Under the pieces are notes generated by a model. It searched no databases. It was not told the DNA's origin and saw only the letters and a program-made list of their open reading frames with translations. 64,000 nt of DNA from Planktothrix sp. GU0601_MAG3 (GTDB taxonomy: Bacteria; Cyanobacteriota; Cyanobacteriia; Cyanobacteriales; Microcoleaceae). The translations under genes and the position numbers were made by a program. Where the stretch lies: positions 4,404,578 through 4,468,577 of the forward strand of contig CP136572.1 in NCBI GenBank assembly GCA_035193785.1, read 5' to 3'. This document shows, piece after piece, positions 12,303 to 23,069 of this stretch; position 1 is the stretch's first letter, and every line of letters starts with the position of its first letter.

Positions 12303-12660
12303 TTGACACTCACCGCCCTAAAAGTGCGGTAATTCCCGGGCTGAATCTTGCCTAATCACGACGATGCCGATTTTGGTCTTACAGTTTCATGTCTAGTCCG
12401 ACTACACCTTTTACGGCAAGCACTCTGATGGACTACTCCCCCAGCGTAAATTTCCGTATGCCCTACGGTATTTAATTACTTACTTTGTGTCCTTGCAGTT
12501 TGGACTTACTTTTAAACCATTGACTGCTAGGAGTTATAAAATTAGGATCGACTTTTAGGAAGAATCCGCTTGCAACAGACAAACAAGACATTTTTGAAAA
12601 TGGCTTGCTGAAGTTTAAACACACCAAAAACGTATCCCACCTTTTAAGGAGGATAAATTT
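12303..12660 (-). mobile_element. Non-autonomous IS200/IS605 remnant (tnpB 3' end / omegaRNA-like right end)
   Basis: Minus strand TACCGTAGGGCATACGGAAATTTACGCTGGGGGAG (TVGHTEIYA-like tnpB tail), then hairpin ACCGC-N9-GCGGT ending in TCAA at 12303; second imperfect hairpin at 12633-12654; no transposase ORF. Confidence 0.6.
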
Positions 12661-13120
12661 TGGGGGAGTTTAGAACAGTTTCAGGCTATCAACAAGTTCT
12701 AAGCTGTTTGCGAATCGAGGATTTTTCTCGATACTGCCTTTATGTCGCCTGGACTTGAGCAGCAAGCTACTCAGTATCCTTTGCTGATTTATCTCAAATT
12801 CTTTGCAGATTCCTTGGCTTGCGCCGAATTTGTTTGGAATTCAAGGTCAGTCGGTTGCTGTTTCCTTGCGGATTCGGCTTAACTGATTTACTCCTAATTA
12901 CTGACTTCTTGGGGGTGAACACCGTTAACGCGATGTCCCCACCGCCTCTGAAATTTGGTATTTTAGAAGCTCACAGTATTTGACCGATTAGCGACAATTT
13001 TTAATTGTAGGGTAATTTTAACAAACTGTCAAGAACCAATACGGATTCGGATCGCAATTGTGTCAAAATATCTCAAGCAAGGATTCAGCAAGATGCAGTT
13101 AAGAGGTTAATCACCAAGTT

Positions 13121-13598
13121 ATGGCACTGATTACAACGGGAAGCAAGCTGATTAAGGATTTAGAGACATACAAGGCTTTAGGAATGTATGTTCCCCTCGA
13201 GGGTGGGTTTGAGGGACGGTATCGTCGTCGGTTACGCGCCCATGGATATACGACCTATAGCCTGACCGCCCGGGGTTTAGGAGATTTGGCGGCTTATTTA
13301 ACCGGGGTGCATGGGGTTCGTCCTGCTCATTTAGGTAAAAAAAGCAGTGGGAATGAAGCGGCTGTGGGTAATGTTTATTATGTTCCCCCGATTTTAAATA
13401 CCCAGTTAGATCAACTTCCACCTAAATCGAAAGGTCTAGTCCTGTGGATTATTGAAGGTCATATTTTGTCGAGTCAAGAGATCGCGTTTCTGACTCAGTT
13501 ACCCCAACAAGAAACCCCGGGTCAAGTTAGTGGTAGAAATGGGTGGAGCGCGGCAGGTACAATGGACACCGCTCAAGGATGTAAATATTGCAGCTTGA
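13121..13598 (+). CDS. ndhN: NDH-1 subunit N (+1 base at 13511-13515)
   Basis: MALITTG, YVPLEGGFEGRYRRRLRA, GVRPAHLGK; correction gives EPRVKLVVEMGG. Confidence 0.94.
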
Positions 13599-13632
13599 GC
13601 AATGTGATTAATTTTGAGGTTAATTTTCAGCT

Positions 13633-13668
13633 AAAATAAGTTGGGTGAACACCCGACTTATTTTTTTA
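13633..13668 (+). terminator. Intrinsic terminator after ndhN
   Basis: AAAATAAGTTGGGTG-AA-CACCCGACTTATTTTTT hairpin plus T tract. Confidence 0.75.
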
Positions 13669-13775
13669 ATAAAAACGCTGCGATTAATCAATAAAAATAT
13701 TAGTATAGCAATAGGCAATAGGCAATAGGCAATCTCGCTATAGGCAATCTCGCTATAGGTAAATACTTACTATGA

Positions 13776-13867
13776 CAGGACTTACGCAAAACAACCATAT
13801 CTAGTAGGGGCGAATGGCCATTCGCCCCTACAGATGGTGTATAATTGGGTATTCTGCGTAAGTCCTG
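13776..13867. mobile_element. 92-bp MITE-like element carrying a REP-like palindrome
   Basis: 13-bp inverted ends CAGGACTTACGCA/TGCGTAAGTCCTG, flanking TATGA direct repeats, internal GTAGGGGCGAATGGCCATTCGCCCCTAC (13804-13831). Confidence 0.75.
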
Positions 13868-14092
13868 TATGAGAAGTTTTTAGCTTTCAAGAATGTCCTA
13901 ATAGATACGGCAACTGCTAAGTACCTAAACAAAATTAATTAGACATCCTCTACCCTATTCCCTGTTCCCTGTTCCGGTGTTCCCTCTATCAATTAGGTAA
14001 TTTATTTTGTGCAACTACTTATCAAGAATACAAGCAGTTCATTTAATCACAAATAACTCTAAAACTCCGATTCTTGTGTCACCATAGGAAGT

Positions 14093-15346
14093 GTGAACAC
14101 TTATAATTCTCCTTTAACAGCTTTACAACGGGGTAACTGGTTCAAACTCATTTGCGGAGCCAGTTATCAACACTTGCCTGCCATCCGAAATTTAACCTTA
14201 GCCTACACCTTAGCCGGGGCGGACTGTATTGATGTGGCGGCTGACCCGGCGGTGATTACGGTGGCTCAGGAGGCTTTAAACCGGGCCGAATTTCTGGGTG
14301 CACAGGCTCAAACCCTGGGGTTTGGCTATCGCTATCGACCATGGTTAATGGTCAGCTTGAATGATGGTGAAGATCCGCATTTTCGTAAGGCGCAGTTTGA
14401 GGCTACCGCTTGTCCTGAAAGTTGTTGGCGACCTTGCGAAACGGTTTGTCCCACGGGAGCGATCGCATTTTCCCCCCTAAAATCCGGTGTCATCGATGAA
14501 CTGTGCTATGGCTGCGGACGCTGTATTTCCGTCTGTCCAGTGGATTTGATTGATGCTAGGTCTTATGTTTTTCGCCCGGATGAGATTGCACCCCTGGTGT
14601 TACAAACTGGGATAGACGCCTTAGAAATTCATACTCAGGTAGGAAGGGAAAAAGATTTTCAACGACTCTGGAATAGTATCCAACCCTATTTAGAAAAACT
14701 CAAACTGGTGGCAATTAGCTGCCCGGATGGGGAGGGGGTCGTCAACTATCTAAAAACCTTATCTGAAATGATCCTACCCCTGAATTGTCCCTTAATCTGG
14801 CAAACCGATGGCCGACCCATGAGTGGCGATATTGGGGCGGGGACAACCTGGGCGAGTGTGAAGTTGTGCCAAAAAATTTTGGCGGCGAACTTACCGGGAT
14901 ATGTGCAGCTTGCGGGTGGCACAAACGATTATACTGTAGCCAAGCTCAAATCCCTTGGGCTTTTACCGCCAACAGTTATAGATGATCCCGTGCTTAACTC
15001 CGTTTTTCCCAATCCTGATCAACAAACTCAGACCATCGGTGGAAAACAGTTACGGTCAGTTAATTCTGGTCATCGGGTGGCGGGTGTTGCCTATGGTAGC
15101 TATGCCCGCGTCCTGTTGTCACCTATTTTAGAACAGTTAGAATCCCGATCCACGACCGAACTTCAAAGAGATACTTTTCAACGGCAGGACACCCTCATCG
15201 ACGGGTCTCAACCTTTGAGTCAGAAGCAGACGCTTTCCTCCGTCGAGACGCGCCCTAGCCTGTCTGTATACTGGAAGCTCACCCGGAGTTGCTCTGGCAA
15301 GCGGTTGGTCAAGCCTCAACCCTTGTCTCCCAAATTAAATCAGTGA
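14093..15346 (+). CDS. ldpA: Light-dependent period protein LdpA (Fe-S)
   Basis: WFKLICGASYQ, GEDPHFRKA, two CxxCxxxCP ferredoxin motifs, WQTDGRPMSGDIG, QLAGGTN; C-terminal LEAHPELLWQAV appears in another frame after about 15260. Confidence 0.92.
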   Translation: MNTYNSPLTALQRGNWFKLICGASYQHLPAIRNLTLAYTLAGADCIDVAADPAVITVAQEALNRAEFLGAQAQTLGFGYRYRPWLMVSLNDGEDPHFRKAQFEATACPESCWRPCETVCPTGAIAFSPLKSGVIDELCYGCGRCISVCPVDLIDARSYVFRPDEIAPLVLQTGIDALEIHTQVGREKDFQRLWNSIQPYLEKLKLVAISCPDGEGVVNYLKTLSEMILPLNCPLIWQTDGRPMSGDIGAGTTWASVKLCQKILAANLPGYVQLAGGTNDYTVAKLKSLGLLPPTVIDDPVLNSVFPNPDQQTQTIGGKQLRSVNSGHRVAGVAYGSYARVLLSPILEQLESRSTTELQRDTFQRQDTLIDGSQPLSQKQTLSSVETRPSLSVYWKLTRSCSGKRLVKPQPLSPKLNQ

Positions 15347-15470
15347 TCAGTGATCAGTGATCAGTGAATAAAATAAAAAGTTTTACTGATAACAACTCAT
15401 AAATAACTGCTAAAATATGACTGATTCATCACCGATAACTGATAATTGTTTACTGATAAATGATAAGAGT

Positions 15471-17211
15471 ATGCAAATTACAGACGACCTGAACAAATTA
15501 CTCTCGATTGTTCCTGATGAGATTCGGCAGAATTTGCAACAGCATCCCCAACGCGACAGTCTGATTGAGATTGTGATGGATTTGGGACGTCTTCCAGAGG
15601 CTCGTTTTCCCTCCAAAGCAGAATATCTCTCGACTATCCCTGTCTCCTTGGACGATCTGGAACATTGTATTGTGCAGATTGGGGAGTTTAGCGGGGATAA
15701 CCGGGCTGGGATTGAGCAAACCCTACATCGAATTAGTGCCATCCGCAACCGGACGGGAAAGGTGATTGGTTTAACCTGTCGGGTGGGTCGAGCCATCTTT
15801 GGCAAGATTGGCATGATTCGAGATTTAGTAGAAACGGGTCAATCTATTCTCTTGCTCGGTCGTCCGGGGGTGGGAAAAACCACGGCATTGCGAGAAATTA
15901 CTCGTGTGTTAGCCGATGAACTGGAAAAACGGGTAGTTATTATTGATACCTCTAATGAAATTGCCGGGGATGGAGATATCCCCCATCCTGCTATTGGCCG
16001 GGCGCGTCGGATGCAGGTGGCTCGTCCCGAACTACAACATCAAGTCATGATTGAGGCGGTGGAGAACCATATGCCGGAGGTGATCGTAATTGATGAGATT
16101 GGGACAGAACTGGAGGCATTAGCGGCGCGAACCATTGCGGAACGGGGGGTACAATTGATTGGTACGGCCCATGGCAACCGGATTGAGAATTTGATGAAAA
16201 ACCCCACCCTTGCCGATTTGATTGGGGGCATTCAGGCGGTGACCCTGGGGGATGATGAGGCTCGACGTCGAGGTTCTCAAAAGACGGTCTTGGAGAGGAA
16301 AGCACCCCCGACCTTTGACATTGCGGTGGAAATGTTGGAACAGCAACGCTGGGTGGTGCATGAATCCGTGGCGACGACGATTGATCATCTGTTGCGGGGA
16401 ATGCAGCCGATCTTGCAGGTCAGAACTATGAATGATGAGGGTGAAGTCGAAATTTTTGAAGAACGATATACTCCCCTTTCCCCGGTTCCAAATTCTGGAC
16501 GCTCAACGATGAAATCCCGTGAACCTGTGGCCACAATTCCCGGCGTTCGGGGGTTGCGGGGGTCGGGGAAAATGATGCCTTTACCAGTAGAAAATCCGGC
16601 ACCGGAATCTCAATATTTTGAACAACTCCTGGAAGAGTCTTTTTCTGGGGTGATTCCTTTACATCCTGATGAAGAATTTACCTTCATTAATAAATTAGGA
16701 GAGGGTTCACAGTTAAGTATTTATCCCTATGGGGTTCCTCGTCATCAAATTGAACAGGTGATCCAAATGTTGTCTTTACCTGTGATTTTGACCAAGGATA
16801 TCGATAGTGCGGATGTGGTGTTGGCGTTGCGATCGCATATTAGGAATCAATCCAAAATTCGCCATGTTGCTAAAACTCGTCAAGTTCCGATTCATACTAT
16901 AAAATCAGGAACAGCCCCTCAAATTGCCCGAGCCCTGCGACGTTTGCTACAAATGGAAGATCCCAGTACCCCAGAAATTGCGGATTTGAATTTGTTTGTG
17001 GCCAGTGGTTCTTCCGATGAAATTGAAGCATTAGAAGAAGCCCGTTTAGCAGTGGAACAAATTGTGATTCCCAAAGGACAACCGGTAGAATTACTGCCTC
17101 GGTCTCCCCAAGTCAGAAAAATGCAGCATGAATTGGTGGAACATTATCGGTTGAAATCTAATAGTTTTGGGGAAGAAACCCAACCGTCGTTTAAGAATTT
17201 ATCCAGCCTAA
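15471..17211 (+). CDS. Ycf45-like AAA ATPase with R3H domain (+1 base at 17175-17179)
   Basis: GRPGVGKTT Walker A, IDTSNEIAGDGD, VIDEIG, C-terminal RKMQH R3H motif; corrected end GEEPNRRLRIYPA*. Confidence 0.9.
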
Positions 17212-17400
17212 GTCAGTCATCAGTCATCAGTTAACAGTCATCAGTTATCAGTTAACAGTTGGCAGTTATTAGTTAACAGTTATTAGTTAATAAACCAACA
17301 GTTAGTTAACTAATAACTAATAACTCTTAAACTGATAAATGATGACTGATTTTGATTGACTCTTAAACTGATAAATGCTGACTGTTAACTGATAACTGAT
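17212..17400. repeat. Heptamer STRR-like tandem repeats (TCAGTTA/TAACTGA family), representative locus
   Basis: Similar tracts near 2575, 3770, 7080, 9165, 10525, 15340 and 44070. Confidence 0.8.
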
Positions 17401-17406
17401 TGTTGT

Positions 17407-18963
17407 ATGGAACTTGAACTAATCGAACTTTTTATTCATCTGATTACCAGTCAAACCGGGTTGTTTATTCGTTGGCAAGACTATGATGGACTGGCTGAAA
17501 AAATTAAGATCAGAGTTAAATATTTAAAATTACCAAACCCTAAAGTTTACTTAAATTTATTAAGTACCGATAGCCCCCAGAGTCGAGAGGAGTGGAAACA
17601 ATTAATTCCTTTAATTACAACGATTGAAAGTTATTTTTTTAGAGATCAAGGCCAAATTAATCTCTTGCAAACTGTGGTTTTACCAGAGTTAATTAAATTG
17701 CGGCAAGGGACAAAAAGTTTAACCCTGTGGAGCGCCGGATGTTCGACGGGAGAAGAACCCTACACCCTGTCTATTTTGCTTCAACAGTTGATTCCAGACT
17801 GGGGAAGTTGGAATCTTCAGATTTTGGGGACTGATGTGAATGAACAAGCCCTAACAAAAGCCAGTCAAGGCTTATATACGGCTTGGTCTTTTCGCATGGT
17901 GGACTCATCACTCAAACATCGATATTTTATGCGACAAGGAGAAGATTGGAAAATTAATTTTTTGACTCAAAGTTCTGTTCAATTTTTTAATTTGAATTTA
18001 GTTAAAGATGCCTATTGTTATCCTAATTATACCCCGATTCAAGAAGTGGATTTAATTATTTGCCGGAATGTTTTTGTTTATTTTGAAAAAGACTATATTA
18101 ATCAAGTAATTTCTAAGTTTTTTAATGCTTTAAAACCGGGAGGTTATTTAATTACCGGACACGCTGAATTACAAGGCACAGAAAATATTGAAAAATTTCA
18201 AGCAAAAATTTATCCCGAATCCATGATTTATCAACGACCTATTGATTTATTTAAAGCGCCCTTAACCATTAACCCCAAATTAATTATTGATGTGGATAAT
18301 AGCTGGAATAATCTATTATATTCTTCTCGGAAATCTCAGGAGCCATACCCTAAAACCAATCAGGGCGAGAATCATCCACCTGAAATTTTCAATTTACCCT
18401 CAAAAAACTTAGAAGAAGCAAAAAGATATTTTAAAAATAAACAGTATTCAGCCGCGATTCAAAAGGCTGAACAATTCATTCAAACTTCTGAATACTCTTT
18501 AAAAAATCAGAATTTCACAATTGGAGAACCAGAAAAAAATCATAGCCTAAAATCCCAAAGTAGATTTGATGCCTATTATTTATTAGCACAAGCATGGGCA
18601 AATCTCGGACAATATGAGAAATCTATATCCTACTGTAAAAAAGCTATTGAAATAGATTCTTTATCTATATTACCTTATTATTTACTCCTACATATCGCTC
18701 AGGAACAGGAGGATTTAGTCGGGGCAAAGTTATTGTCCAAACGAATTATTTATCTGCTTCCCTCCTCCATTCCAGCCTATCTGGAACTGGCATCAATTTA
18801 TGAACGGGAAGGAGATCATACCCGAGCAGCTAAAATGTATAGTAACGCTTTAGCTCTGCTCAAATCCCTACCTCTGACCATGGGGATTGAACATTTGGAA
18901 GGAGTTACGGCTCAAGATTTAATTGTTTTTTTAGAAAATAAACATTTGACTATTGACCGTTAA
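17407..18963 (+). CDS. cheR: CheR-type MCP methyltransferase with C-terminal TPRs
   Basis: ESYFFRD, WSAGCSTGEEPY, DLIICRNVFVYF, GGYLITGHAE; TPR helices. Confidence 0.92.
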   Translation: MELELIELFIHLITSQTGLFIRWQDYDGLAEKIKIRVKYLKLPNPKVYLNLLSTDSPQSREEWKQLIPLITTIESYFFRDQGQINLLQTVVLPELIKLRQGTKSLTLWSAGCSTGEEPYTLSILLQQLIPDWGSWNLQILGTDVNEQALTKASQGLYTAWSFRMVDSSLKHRYFMRQGEDWKINFLTQSSVQFFNLNLVKDAYCYPNYTPIQEVDLIICRNVFVYFEKDYINQVISKFFNALKPGGYLITGHAELQGTENIEKFQAKIYPESMIYQRPIDLFKAPLTINPKLIIDVDNSWNNLLYSSRKSQEPYPKTNQGENHPPEIFNLPSKNLEEAKRYFKNKQYSAAIQKAEQFIQTSEYSLKNQNFTIGEPEKNHSLKSQSRFDAYYLLAQAWANLGQYEKSISYCKKAIEIDSLSILPYYLLLHIAQEQEDLVGAKLLSKRIIYLLPSSIPAYLELASIYEREGDHTRAAKMYSNALALLKSLPLTMGIEHLEGVTAQDLIVFLENKHLTIDR

Positions 18964-19011
18964 CTGTTAGCCGTTTACCGTTTACTAATAACTGTTTACT
19001 AATCACTGATT

Positions 19012-20095
19012 ATGGCTTATTTAATTTTTGCACTGAAGTCGATGCGTTATGCCATCATAGCTTCTGTAGTTGAAGAAATTTTTTTCCTACCGGAATTAAC
19101 ACCAATTCCCGCCGCCCCGGCTGATTTAGTGGGTTTAATTAATTTGCGTGGAGAGTTACTTCCCGTGATTGATTTAACCATTCGATTAGGTTATCCTGAA
19201 CCGAATTATGCTTTATCTGATAGCGTGATTATTTTAAAATTCAATAATATTAGATTAGGGATTATTGTCACCCAAGTTTATGAAGTCAAGATGATTGCTA
19301 AGGATGAAATTAAAACTGAATTAACCTATAATTTTCAAAAGGAATTTGATCAGATTCATCCATCCTATTATCTTCAAGGAGTAACTCAAGTCGATGAGCA
19401 TTTGGTCATGGTTTTAAATCCAGAAACCCTGATTCAATATATTAGTCACTCCCTCCCAGATTTTAATTTAGAGCAAATCAATCCCGAAGGAAATCAATCC
19501 CCTATCCAGGGGGAATCCTCAAGAAAGCATAATTTTAGACAACTACAAAACTATATTTTTTCGACCAATGCTACCCCAGAAGAAACGTCGGATTTTTCAA
19601 GAGCGAGCCAAAAATTTAAGGAATACTATTGATGATCAAGATTTTGCTGGGTTAATTCCTCTAGCAGTGATCAGTTTAAATGGAGAATATTTTGGGGTTA
19701 ACCTAGAGATTATCCGAGAGTTTACAGACATTCATCATACTACACCGATTCCCTGTACTCCCCCCCATATTGTGGGAAATATGAACTTACGCGGGGAAAT
19801 ATTAACCCTAGTGAATATTCGAGGCTTAGTGAATTTGCCTTTACAAACCTCTCAGGTATTATCCAAGGCTATGATTGTTAAAATTAATGATATTGTGGCT
19901 GGAATTATAGTAGAAGGAATTTTTGATGTCATATACTTAAAAGAATCCGAGATTAAAACCATTCCCACGGCGGTTCATCTCAAACAGGATGAATACTTAC
20001 AAGGGACAGCTTTTTATCAAGACAAAATGATCAGCATTCTGAATGTGGCAAAAATTATGACCCAGGGAGAATTATTTGTTGATCAAGAGGTTTAA
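19012..20095 (+). CDS. cheW: Tandem two-domain CheW protein (+1 base at 19582-19586)
   Basis: Two CheW domains (GLINLRGELLPVIDL; GNMNLRGEILTLV) join as TPEERRIFQERA when GAAAC is read as GAAC. Confidence 0.88.
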
Positions 20096-20157
20096 TCCTG
20101 GATAAAATAGATTTGATGAATTTTATAATCAACCATCACCCAGCAAAAAGAGATTAT

Positions 20158-21603
20158 ATGTTTAACGATTTGAAATTAAGAGAAAAGTTATTATTAGGGT
20201 ATAGTATCCCCGTGTTTTTATTTATGGGATTAACCGCATTGGTGTATACCAATATTAATCAGGTATCTAGCACTTTCAAAGAAGCGGAAAGGGTTCAGGA
20301 GGTAATTTTAAAAGTCAACGTTATAGAACGTGGTGCCCAAGGGATGGTTCGGAGCTTAAGGGGATATTTAGCCCTCAAAAATCAAGATTTTTTAGCGGAA
20401 TATAATTCCGGTTTAGCCCTGTATCGAGAATCGGCTAAAACATTGGAATCCTTAGTTTATCGTCCCGAGCAAAAACAACGGTTACAAAAACTTGATAACT
20501 TAGTGAATCAATACGATCAAATTGCGCAACAAGTTTTTATCTTAGCCAATCAAGGAAAATTGTCTGAAGCCGTTGAAAAAGCTCGCACTGGCACTCAATA
20601 TGTAGTTGAGTTTGATCGAATTAGTGATGAATTTTCGACCACAGAAGCTAATCTTTTAACTCTGGAAAGAACGAAAACAAAAGAATCATTGGAGGGACTA
20701 TTAACAACGCTGGTGTTTGGAGCTTTTCTCATTTTAGTTACGGTGATTATTATTGCCCTATTAATTGCGCTTAATATTGGTGGAACCATTCATCAAGCCA
20801 CACAAGTTATCGCCACTTCCTCCACCGAAATTGCGGCTACCCTCGCCGAACAAGAACGAACAGCCAATCAACAAGCGAGTTCTGTCCATGAAACGACAAC
20901 AACGATGGACGAATTGAGCGCTTCCTCTCAATCAACGGCGGAACAAGCAGAGTCTGCAACCTATGGAGCTAGACAGGTTTTAGGATTAACAGAAGGGGGA
21001 AAGCAAGCGGTCGATAGTACCTTAGAAGGGATGAAAAATCTTCAACAAAAAGTTGAAGTGATCGCCCAACAAATTATTCGTTTAAGTGAACAAACTAATC
21101 AAATTGGGAATATTTCTGAATTGGTCAGTGATTTAGCCAATCAAACCAATATGTTAGCCCTGAATGCTGCTGTAGAGGCAGTTAGGGCCGGAGAACATGG
21201 TAAAGGATTTGCGGTTGTTGCCACTGAAATCAGAAAACTAGCAGATGAAAGTAAAAAATCCGCCTTAAAAATCAATACCCTCGTTGCCGATATTTTAACT
21301 TCTATTAATTCAACGGTTATGGCAACGGAAGAAGGGACAAAAACCGTCCTATCTAATGCAGAACTTACCCGGGAAACCGCAGATGTTTTTGCTGGGGTCG
21401 CGGAATCGGTGAATAATGTAGTATTGAATAATCAGCAAATTTCCCTTAATGTTAAGCAACAAGCGATCGCAATTGGACAGGTTTTAGAGGCGATGAATTC
21501 TTTAAGTCAGGGGGTTGGAGAAACCGCTAATGGATTAAATCAAGCTAAAATTGGAATGCAAAAATTGAATGAAGTCGCGTTAAATTTGAACTCAATTGTT
21601 TAA
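20158..21603 (+). CDS. Methyl-accepting chemotaxis protein, CHASE3-like sensor
   Basis: Two TM segments, [35 protein letters not shown]. Confidence 0.93.
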   Translation: MFNDLKLREKLLLGYSIPVFLFMGLTALVYTNINQVSSTFKEAERVQEVILKVNVIERGAQGMVRSLRGYLALKNQDFLAEYNSGLALYRESAKTLESLVYRPEQKQRLQKLDNLVNQYDQIAQQVFILANQGKLSEAVEKARTGTQYVVEFDRISDEFSTTEANLLTLERTKTKESLEGLLTTLVFGAFLILVTVIIIALLIALNIGGTIHQATQVIATSSTEIAATLAEQERTANQQASSVHETTTTMDELSASSQSTAEQAESATYGARQVLGLTEGGKQAVDSTLEGMKNLQQKVEVIAQQIIRLSEQTNQIGNISELVSDLANQTNMLALNAAVEAVRAGEHGKGFAVVATEIRKLADESKKSALKINTLVADILTSINSTVMATEEGTKTVLSNAELTRETADVFAGVAESVNNVVLNNQQISLNVKQQAIAIGQVLEAMNSLSQGVGETANGLNQAKIGMQKLNEVALNLNSIV

Positions 21604-21623
21604 TATAGTAATAGCACCGGAAT

Positions 21624-23030
21624 ATGTTAAAAATTAATGGTTTAAGGTACTGGATTATTGTCGGCTATTTAATTCCAATTCTACTCTCTATATTAGTAGC
21701 TGGAGTTGTATCCTCCAATGTTGAAAAAGTTCGTAAAACCACCCTAGAAGTCCAAACATCCGGTGATGCCATGCAAGCGATTAATAACTTGGCTTTGGCG
21801 ACAAAAGACTTAACAATTGCTGCCCAGGGATATATTTTAGTTAAAAATCCTCAATCCCATGAGTTGTATAAAAATGCTGAATCTCTTTATCATCAATCAT
21901 TGGTAGATGTTAAAAGACTCATTCCCAATCCTGAAGTGATTCAAGATTTAGATAATTTAACCACATCGGTAGATCAATTAGAAGAATACTATTCCTCATT
22001 GTTTAAATTAATTAATAATAATCAAGTTGACCAAGCCCTCGGGATTTGGAAGCAAGGAAAAGGTACGGAACTATCAACAGTGGTTTTGCAGAAAACTCAA
22101 AAACTGATCGCCTCAGAAATTCAACAGGTAGAGACGTACCATCAACGGCAAAATGACGCTTTAGATCACCTGATGAATGCGGTTTTGAGCGGAACAGTAG
22201 CAACGGTATTTTGCTCGGTTTTATTGGGCATTGGACTCATTACGCTGATCTTTAAACGGATTAATCAAGAAGCCTCTCAAATTCTGCAAGCCTCTCAAGA
22301 ATTAGTCAGTATTATGGAATCTCAAGAACGAGTCACTGTTCAGCAGGCAAGTTCAGTGAATGAAACCACAGCTAGTATGGATGAATTAGGGGCATCAAGT
22401 CACCAATCTGCGGAACAAGCATCAACGGCCTCCGCCGGAGCGAATCAAGTTTTACTCCTAGCAGGTGGTGAGCAAAAATCATTTTCTGAAACTGGTAATA
22501 ACTTCAGTTTGAAAATAAAAATGGAACAATTACAACAGCAAATTATGCGTTTAAGTGAACATTTAGGAAAAATTTATAGTATTACCAATGTGGTTACGGA
22601 TTTAGCAAATCAAACTAATATGTTAGCTTTAAATGCTTCTGTAGAAGCTGTTAGAGCCGGAGAAAATGGTAAGGGATTTGGGGTTATAGCATCTGAAATT
22701 CGTAAACTTTCCGATCAAAGCCGCAAATCAGCCGAAAAAATTAGTTTAATTGTCACCGATATTCAAACGGCGACTAATTTAACCGTGAGGGTGACAGAGG
22801 AAGGCTCGAAATCCGTTGAAGATATTGTTCATGCAATTAATGACGTTGCGATTAATTTACAACAAATTTCCCTGAATACCAAACAGCAGTCGATTGCAGT
22901 TGAACAAGTGGTCGATGCCATGAATAATCTAAATTTTGTTTCAACAGGAATGGCGGCCAGCATCAACCAAACCAAACAGGGAGTTCAAAAGTTAAATGAA
23001 ACCGCCAAAAATCTGCAAACTCTGGTTTAA
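21624..23030 (+). CDS. Methyl-accepting chemotaxis protein
   Basis: Two TM segments, [29 protein letters not shown]. Confidence 0.92.
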   Translation: MLKINGLRYWIIVGYLIPILLSILVAGVVSSNVEKVRKTTLEVQTSGDAMQAINNLALATKDLTIAAQGYILVKNPQSHELYKNAESLYHQSLVDVKRLIPNPEVIQDLDNLTTSVDQLEEYYSSLFKLINNNQVDQALGIWKQGKGTELSTVVLQKTQKLIASEIQQVETYHQRQNDALDHLMNAVLSGTVATVFCSVLLGIGLITLIFKRINQEASQILQASQELVSIMESQERVTVQQASSVNETTASMDELGASSHQSAEQASTASAGANQVLLLAGGEQKSFSETGNNFSLKIKMEQLQQQIMRLSEHLGKIYSITNVVTDLANQTNMLALNASVEAVRAGENGKGFGVIASEIRKLSDQSRKSAEKISLIVTDIQTATNLTVRVTEEGSKSVEDIVHAINDVAINLQQISLNTKQQSIAVEQVVDAMNNLNFVSTGMAASINQTKQGVQKLNETAKNLQTLV

Positions 23031-23069
23031 TCGTTAAAAATTGAATTACATTGACAGGATGAAATAATT

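Noticed and set aside
15255..15346. ldpA C-terminal frame change as another GAAC error
   Set aside because: No GAAAC/GTTTC in the interval where the shift must lie; cause unresolved, so excluded from the count
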